Positions 58,911 to 64,000 of a DNA stretch of 64,000 nucleotides are shown here, piece by piece. The first letter of the stretch is position 1; each line of letters begins with the position of its first letter. A program made the position numbers and the translations under genes. The stretch is from an uncultured delta proteobacterium (GTDB taxonomy: Bacteria; Desulfobacterota; Desulfobacteria; Desulfobacterales; Desulfosalsimonadaceae), in NCBI GenBank assembly GCA_963826785.1, contig CAWGYD010000001.1, positions 448,001 through 512,000 on the forward strand, written 5' to 3'. The notes beneath the pieces were generated by a model. The model was not told the origin of the DNA, did no database searches, and saw nothing but the letters and a program-made list of their open reading frames with translations.

Positions 58911-61304
58911 ATGAATAAAATATTGAAAATTCTTGCCGCATTGATTGCGGCCGCCGGCATATTCGTCCTGGTCGTGTTTATCGCCGCCAAAATCATCATC
59001 ACCCCTGAAAGGGTGCGCGAGGCGGTGATTCCCCGGGCGGAGGCGGCTTTGAATCGGCCCGTTTCAATCGGTGATATCCGCATCAATATTTTTTCGGGAA
59101 TCGGGATCAAGAATTTTGCGGTAAAAAGCCAAAACGGAAAAGAAACCTTTATCGCCGCAAGCGCCCTGGTGCTGCGATATCAGTTCTGGCCCCTGCTGAA
59201 AAAGCGCATCGTCCTGGATGAAGCCCGCCTGGAAAGCCCCGAGATCCGGGTGGTGAGATTTGAAAACGGGGATTTCAACTTCAGTGATCTTTTGAAAACC
59301 AAGCCCCAGCCGGAAAAGGCGCCCCAACCGTCTCCCGGGCCCGGCGGCGGGCCGTCCTTTGATTTCAACGTCAATCAAATGCGGATTTCAAATGGCCGCC
59401 TCGATTTTATAGACCATTCCGCGGGGCCGGGGGAGCACGCATACCATTTGACCCAACTCAATCTGTCCGCCGATCAGATTTCCCTTCAGCAGGCCTTTCC
59501 CTTTGAATTTGAAGTCCAGTTGAACGGGGCGCCCATCTCCATAAAAGGCACATTTAATCCGGACACGCTCAATGGCAAGGCCCACGTGACCGGCAAAAAC
59601 CTCGATGTCAACCAGTTTGCGCCCTACCTTGCCGGAAAGGTTCCGGGCAAGCTTGAATCCATGACACTTGATCTGGACATCAATGTCAGCCGGGAGGGAA
59701 ACACACTGTCATCTTCCGGAAAGATCAAGGCTGGCCGGATCAATCTGGCTTTGGATGCCATGCCTGAAGCGCCGATTCAAAACGGGCGCCTGGGATTGAC
59801 CTTCGATGGGGCCGTGGATACGGGCTCTGAGAACATCCGGATCAATCAGGCCAAAGCCGATATCAACGGGATCCCCCTTCAGATGTCCGGAACCATCGCC
59901 GCATACAAAACCCGTCCGGTCCTGGACCTGCATGCGGTCCTTCCGCCCACCGGCATGGATGTTCTGCTGTCGGCCCTGCCGCAGAAGCTGCTGGGCGCTT
60001 ACGGCCAGATGAATCCGGAGGGGCGGATTGGCGCTGAATTCCAACTGGCAGGGTCCCCGGACCGGATCCAGACTCTCGTTCAGCAGGGGGAAATCCGCCT
60101 CGATTCCATCCGGGCGACCTATAACGGCCTGCGGGCGGGCTTAAACGGGCGGGTGCAATTCAAGGGCGACTCGGCTGTGGGGGAAAATATTGTCATCGGG
60201 CTCGATGAACAAACCGCCCGGCTCGATTTCAAAGCTGAGAATCTGACCGGCAAACCCATCCGCATCACGCAGAAACTGACCTCGGATGCGTTGAATCTGG
60301 ACAAGATCACGGCCGCCATGGGGGGCGGCGCCAAGGCGCCCCCGGAAAAAAAGCCTCCGGGAAAAACCGGACCTGCCCCGCCCTCCGAACCCATGAATCT
60401 TCCCATGGTGGCGGACGGAACGGTCCGGGTGGCCAACGCGGTTTACCAAGGATTGAACGTAACGGATTTTGCCCTGCTGTACCACCTGGAAAACAATATT
60501 TTGAACATCAACGAGATCAGCATGCAGGTGGCAGGAGGCACCATAAAGGGCAAGGGTCGGATCGATCTGGGACAGGCGGATATGGGGTACAATGCCGATG
60601 TATCGGTGGATGGGACACAAACGGATGATCTGGTTTCCGCCCTGTTTCCGAAGGCGGCCAATACGATTTTCGGAAATCTGTTTTTAAATGCGAAACTCTC
60701 CGGCAGCGGGATCGATCTTTCCGGAATTCAAAAAAGCCTCACCGCCCAGGCCGATATGCGGGTGACGGAGGGGAAACTCACCGGCATCGGGCTGACCCGG
60801 GGGCTGGCCGCGTTTTTAAATGCACAATCGCTTCAGGTGCTCAATTTCGATGCGGTCAAAGGCAATATCCGGCTCAACAACGGCAAGTTCGTGCTGGATA
60901 CGGATTACAACAGCAAGGATCTGCGCATGAACCCCACGGGGACCATCGGCCTGGACGGGTCCATCGACCTGTCGCTCAATATGCGGCTGGCCCCGGAAAT
61001 CGCCGCCCGTATCAAAGGCAATCAGCTGGTTTCCCAGGTGCTCACCGACCAGGAGGGATGGGCGCTGCTGCCCCTGGATGTCGCGGGGTCATTGAAAGAC
61101 CCGCGTTTTGCCCTGGATACCACCGTCGTACAGAAACAGCTGAAGGAAAAAGCCACCCAGAAACTCCAGGAGCAGATCAGGGAAAAGCTGTTCAAGCAAT
61201 CTGCTCCGAAGCAGCAGGAGGGGCAAAAACCCGCACCGCCGGAACAGAAAGGTCAACCGCCGTTGGACAAAATGCTGGAAGATACCCTTAAAAACATCTT
61301 CTGA
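58911..61304 (+). CDS. AsmA family protein
   Basis: N-terminal TM, ALNRPVSIGDI, GDFNFSDL, long beta-rich body, GSLKDPRF near the C-terminus. Confidence 0.82.
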   Translation: MNKILKILAALIAAAGIFVLVVFIAAKIIITPERVREAVIPRAEAALNRPVSIGDIRINIFSGIGIKNFAVKSQNGKETFIAASALVLRYQFWPLLKKRIVLDEARLESPEIRVVRFENGDFNFSDLLKTKPQPEKAPQPSPGPGGGPSFDFNVNQMRISNGRLDFIDHSAGPGEHAYHLTQLNLSADQISLQQAFPFEFEVQLNGAPISIKGTFNPDTLNGKAHVTGKNLDVNQFAPYLAGKVPGKLESMTLDLDINVSREGNTLSSSGKIKAGRINLALDAMPEAPIQNGRLGLTFDGAVDTGSENIRINQAKADINGIPLQMSGTIAAYKTRPVLDLHAVLPPTGMDVLLSALPQKLLGAYGQMNPEGRIGAEFQLAGSPDRIQTLVQQGEIRLDSIRATYNGLRAGLNGRVQFKGDSAVGENIVIGLDEQTARLDFKAENLTGKPIRITQKLTSDALNLDKITAAMGGGAKAPPEKKPPGKTGPAPPSEPMNLPMVADGTVRVANAVYQGLNVTDFALLYHLENNILNINEISMQVAGGTIKGKGRIDLGQADMGYNADVSVDGTQTDDLVSALFPKAANTIFGNLFLNAKLSGSGIDLSGIQKSLTAQADMRVTEGKLTGIGLTRGLAAFLNAQSLQVLNFDAVKGNIRLNNGKFVLDTDYNSKDLRMNPTGTIGLDGSIDLSLNMRLAPEIAARIKGNQLVSQVLTDQEGWALLPLDVAGSLKDPRFALDTTVVQKQLKEKATQKLQEQIREKLFKQSAPKQQEGQKPAPPEQKGQPPLDKMLEDTLKNIF

Positions 61305-61403
61305 CATGAGTTTGAAGAAGGGAGGGGCCGTATCCCCATGCAGCGGCCGTGGGGCTGCTGATCATGATGCCGGGGCCGGACCCTCCCCGCCCGGTGCGGA
61401 TGC

Positions 61404-61832
61404 CTATTTTAATACGCCGTTGATGTAGTTGAGATGGCGTCGCTCGTCGCTCAGGTTCTTTTCCACGATGGCTTTTGCCGCCGGGGTCAGGTCCCATTCG
61501 GTTGCACTTTCATAATATTTGTTGGTTAATTGTTCGTTGCCCTGCATGGCCTTGAGCGCCCCTTGGGTCCCGGTGATGCTGCGCAGGCTGGTAAACCCCT
61601 CGATCAGGTAGCCCTTGAAGTCCTTTGAATATGCTTCGGGCGTGCCCCCCAGTTCCCGGACTTCCTGGGACAGTTCGGTGATGTGGCGTTCATGGTCCCG
61701 CTGCTGCCCCTGGATATTATCCCTGATCACGGCATCTGAGATATTGCCGATGGCCTGCTCATAGGCGTGGGCCGCGTCGATGTCGAGCTGGATGAGCTGG
61801 TTGAGTTTTTTGATCATTTCGTCTTTGTTCAT
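61404..61832 (-). CDS. Ferritin-like DUF2383/PA2169 family protein
   Basis: LNQLIQLDIDAAHAYEQA, DHERH, LGGTP, DERRH. Confidence 0.85.
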   Translation of the reverse strand: MNKDEMIKKLNQLIQLDIDAAHAYEQAIGNISDAVIRDNIQGQQRDHERHITELSQEVRELGGTPEAYSKDFKGYLIEGFTSLRSITGTQGALKAMQGNEQLTNKYYESATEWDLTPAAKAIVEKNLSDERRHLNYINGVLK

Positions 61833-61873
61833 GAATATCTCCTTGGTTCGGTTGTGGTTTCCATGGCTGTTTT

Positions 61874-62740
61874 TCAGCCGTTGACGATCCGGCCGCCGTT
61901 GGGGTGCAGCACCTGGCCGGTCATATAGGATGAATCCGATGATGCCAGAAAAACGTAGCAGGGGGCGATTTCCTCCGGCTGCCCGGCCCGGCCCATAGGG
62001 GTATTGGCCCCGAATTCGGCTACGTGCGATTCGCTGAAGCTGGCCGGAATCAAGGGGGTCCAGACCGGACCCGGCGCCACGGCATTGACCCGGATGCCGT
62101 CTGCAGCCAGGCGGATGGCCATCGACCGGGTAAAGGCCGTGATCGCCCCCTTGGTGGCCGCATAATCGAGCAGCCTGGGATGTCCCTGGTAGGCGGTCAC
62201 CGAAGTGGTGTTGATGATGGCACTCCCGCCGTTGAGGTGGGAAAGCGCCGCCTGGGTCATGAAGAACATGGAAAAAATATTGGTCTTGAAGGTTCGCTCC
62301 AGCTGCTCCCGGGTGATGTCCACCAGGCTGTCGTATTCGTGCTGCTCGCTGGCGTTGTTCACCAGGATGTCCAGGCGGCCGAAGGCGTCGAGCGTTTTTT
62401 CCACGGCATTGTTGCAGAAGGATTCCTCCCCCACATCCCCGGAAATCAGCAGATACCGGCGCCCTTCGTTTTCGATCAGGCGGCCGGTTTCCTGGGCGTC
62501 TTCATGTTCATCCAGGTAGACCACGCAGACGTCGGCGCCTTCCCGGGCGAACAGCACGGCCACGGCCCGGCCGATGCCGCTGTCCCCGCCGGTGATCAGG
62601 GCCGCTTTGCCGTCGAGTTTGCCGCTGCCCCGATAGGGCCGCTCATCGGTTTTGGGCTGCGGGTGCATCCCGGACTGCTCTCCCGGCTGATTTTCCTGGT
62701 GCTGGGGTGGAAACTGCCACTCTTGTTCGTCCATATACAC
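61874..62740 (-). CDS. SDR oxidoreductase (YhdF/YdaD general-stress type)
   Basis: PPQHQ..QPG, GGDSGIGRA, YAATKGAI, APGPVWTPL, HPNGG. Confidence 0.92.
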   Translation of the reverse strand: MYMDEQEWQFPPQHQENQPGEQSGMHPQPKTDERPYRGSGKLDGKAALITGGDSGIGRAVAVLFAREGADVCVVYLDEHEDAQETGRLIENEGRRYLLISGDVGEESFCNNAVEKTLDAFGRLDILVNNASEQHEYDSLVDITREQLERTFKTNIFSMFFMTQAALSHLNGGSAIINTTSVTAYQGHPRLLDYAATKGAITAFTRSMAIRLAADGIRVNAVAPGPVWTPLIPASFSESHVAEFGANTPMGRAGQPEEIAPCYVFLASSDSSYMTGQVLHPNGGRIVNG

Positions 62741-62782
62741 TTCCTTTTATGGTTAAGGGTTCTAATTTACAATTGATCACCA

Positions 62783-63136
62783 TCAAAATTGAATTTTCTC
62801 CAGTACTCCCTTTGCCTCCTTCAGCCCCTTGCGGTGGATGCCGGTGGCGGGGAATTCGACCCCGGCGACCAGGCTGATGGCGATATTGACCTGCCGTAAA
62901 TGTTTATTGGCGGTCTGGGCTTCCACCAGGTCCCGGGACTGCCGGTGCTTGCCGATCAGCGCATTGCGCAGATGCACCAGGGTCTGCTCCGATCGGTCCG
63001 CGTCCGCATCGAGTTTCACCGGCGGCTGCTTTAAGGCGAATTCGATCTGTTCGACGGCTTTTTGGCACAGGCCGGCCATCTCCTCTGCCGGGGCGCTCTG
63101 TTGTTCGTCTATGATAAATTCGGTGGTGTCATCCAT
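62783..63136 (-). CDS. Hypothetical helical protein
   Basis: 117-aa ORF tightly coupled between the NrfD-like gene and the SDR gene, with RBS. Confidence 0.65.
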   Translation of the reverse strand: MDDTTEFIIDEQQSAPAEEMAGLCQKAVEQIEFALKQPPVKLDADADRSEQTLVHLRNALIGKHRQSRDLVEAQTANKHLRQVNIAISLVAGVEFPATGIHRKGLKEAKGVLEKIQF

Positions 63137-63139
63137 TTC

Positions 63140-64000
63140 CTATCTCCTTTTGAACATCGCGCATACGGCGAACCCCGCGCCTGCGGCCAGCAGTCCGAAG
63201 AGCAGCTTTTTCCCCCTGCCAGGCCGAACCGGCTGTCTTAATGAAGCGGCCTCTATATCGGAGATGCCCGTATGTTCATCTTCACGGCTTTTTCGGACCG
63301 GCTCGCTGGTGAGACTGAGGTAATCCGCCGCGTGCTTTCCCGATTCGCGCCCGGCATAGATGATGCCAAGAAGGAATGTGAGTCCGCCGGCGAGTCCGGA
63401 CAGACCGGCCATCCACCGGACGACGGGGTGTGATTTTCCCGTGGATGCGGATAGCAGCCGAAGCGCAAGGGGAAACGCCGCTCCGGATAAGATGCCCGCC
63501 AGCACCATCTTTTCGTGCCTGGAATGCTGAAAAGAGGCGGCGCTCGCGTGATTTCGCCAGCGCAGAAATGTAATGGCAGCCAAAGACAGCTGAAGGGATT
63601 CGGCGGTCATGGCCATTGTGTCCAGGCGCCGGGCGGCATCTTTGGAGACCGGCATCAGGGAAAGGGCGGCAAAGCCGTTGCAGGCGGCCACCGATGCCAG
63701 CAGCGGCGACATCAGGGGATAGGCACTCACCCACAGGGGCATCTGGGTTTCCTCCAGTTCGGTGCCCGTATAGGCGGACACGACTCCGCCGGCTACAGCA
63801 GCCGGAATTCCGGCCGCCCGGGCCAGGCCCCGGCCGGTTTTTTGCCATCCCAGATCTTCTGCCAGCTGCCCTGCGGCCGCCGCCCCGCTGAGCAAACCCA
63901 GACCCGAGAGTGACCAGACGCCAATGGACATGGGGGAGGTGGGGCGAAAGATGCGAAGCATGTTATACCAGCGCTTACGGGTATGCAGGGCGCTGATGAG
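63140..64000 (-). CDS. NrfD/PsrC family membrane anchor subunit (5' end outside window)
   Basis: LISALHTRKRWYNMLRIFRPTSPMSIGVW...YTGTEL...PLW; frame open to the window edge. Confidence 0.8.
   Translation of the reverse strand, partial: LISALHTRKRWYNMLRIFRPTSPMSIGVWSLSGLGLLSGAAAAGQLAEDLGWQKTGRGLARAAGIPAAVAGGVVSAYTGTELEETQMPLWVSAYPLMSPLLASVAACNGFAALSLMPVSKDAARRLDTMAMTAESLQLSLAAITFLRWRNHASAASFQHSRHEKMVLAGILSGAAFPLALRLLSASTGKSHPVVRWMAGLSGLAGGLTFLLGIIYAGRESGKHAADYLSLTSEPVRKSREDEHTGISDIEAASLRQPVRPGRGKKLLFGLLAAGAGFAVCAMFKRR

Noticed and set aside
1..64000. tRNA, rRNA, transposase, integrase or prophage genes
   Set aside because: No recognisable signatures found by eye; a tRNAscan/Infernal/ISEScan run would be needed to exclude them fully

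Overview
GC-rich window that looks like a Desulfobacterales-type sulfate reducer; this is inferred from the DsrC-family protein, sigma54 promoters and gene content. No rRNA, tRNA, transposase, integrase or true CRISPR array is visible. The left half (0.5-28 kb) is a signalling and transport region. It has two paralogous Cache-type histidine kinases, six receiver proteins with no DNA-binding output, a DASS/SLC13 transporter, a TauE exporter, a porin, a PEP-synthase-like His-kinase lacking the PEP/pyruvate barrel, a USP, a diguanylate cyclase, orphan hypF, the Pat acetyltransferase, two cytidylate-kinase-like proteins and a tandem DsrC-like protein with no C-terminal cysteine. Four sigma54 promoters are visible; three carry a shared TTTACA-N3-TGTAAAA upstream motif and the fourth a degenerate copy. 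The right half carries three cation:proton antiporters, a LOG protein, cydAB preceded by a Tat-exported catalytically degenerate aldo-keto reductase, a nucleotidyltransferase + metallophosphoesterase pair, OsmC, an ABC1 kinase, an acyl-CoA ligase, opgG/opgH with a split-off N-terminal gene, a secreted Q/N/G/Y-rich repetitive protein and general-stress genes. Two REP families are scattered in intergenic DNA. They include an inverted ~250-bp element pair around a small STAS-like gene and a degenerate tandem array directly upstream of a cas6-like 5' remnant. At least eight single-base indels in homopolymers suggest sequencing or assembly error. All family assignments come from motif recognition by eye, not database searches.
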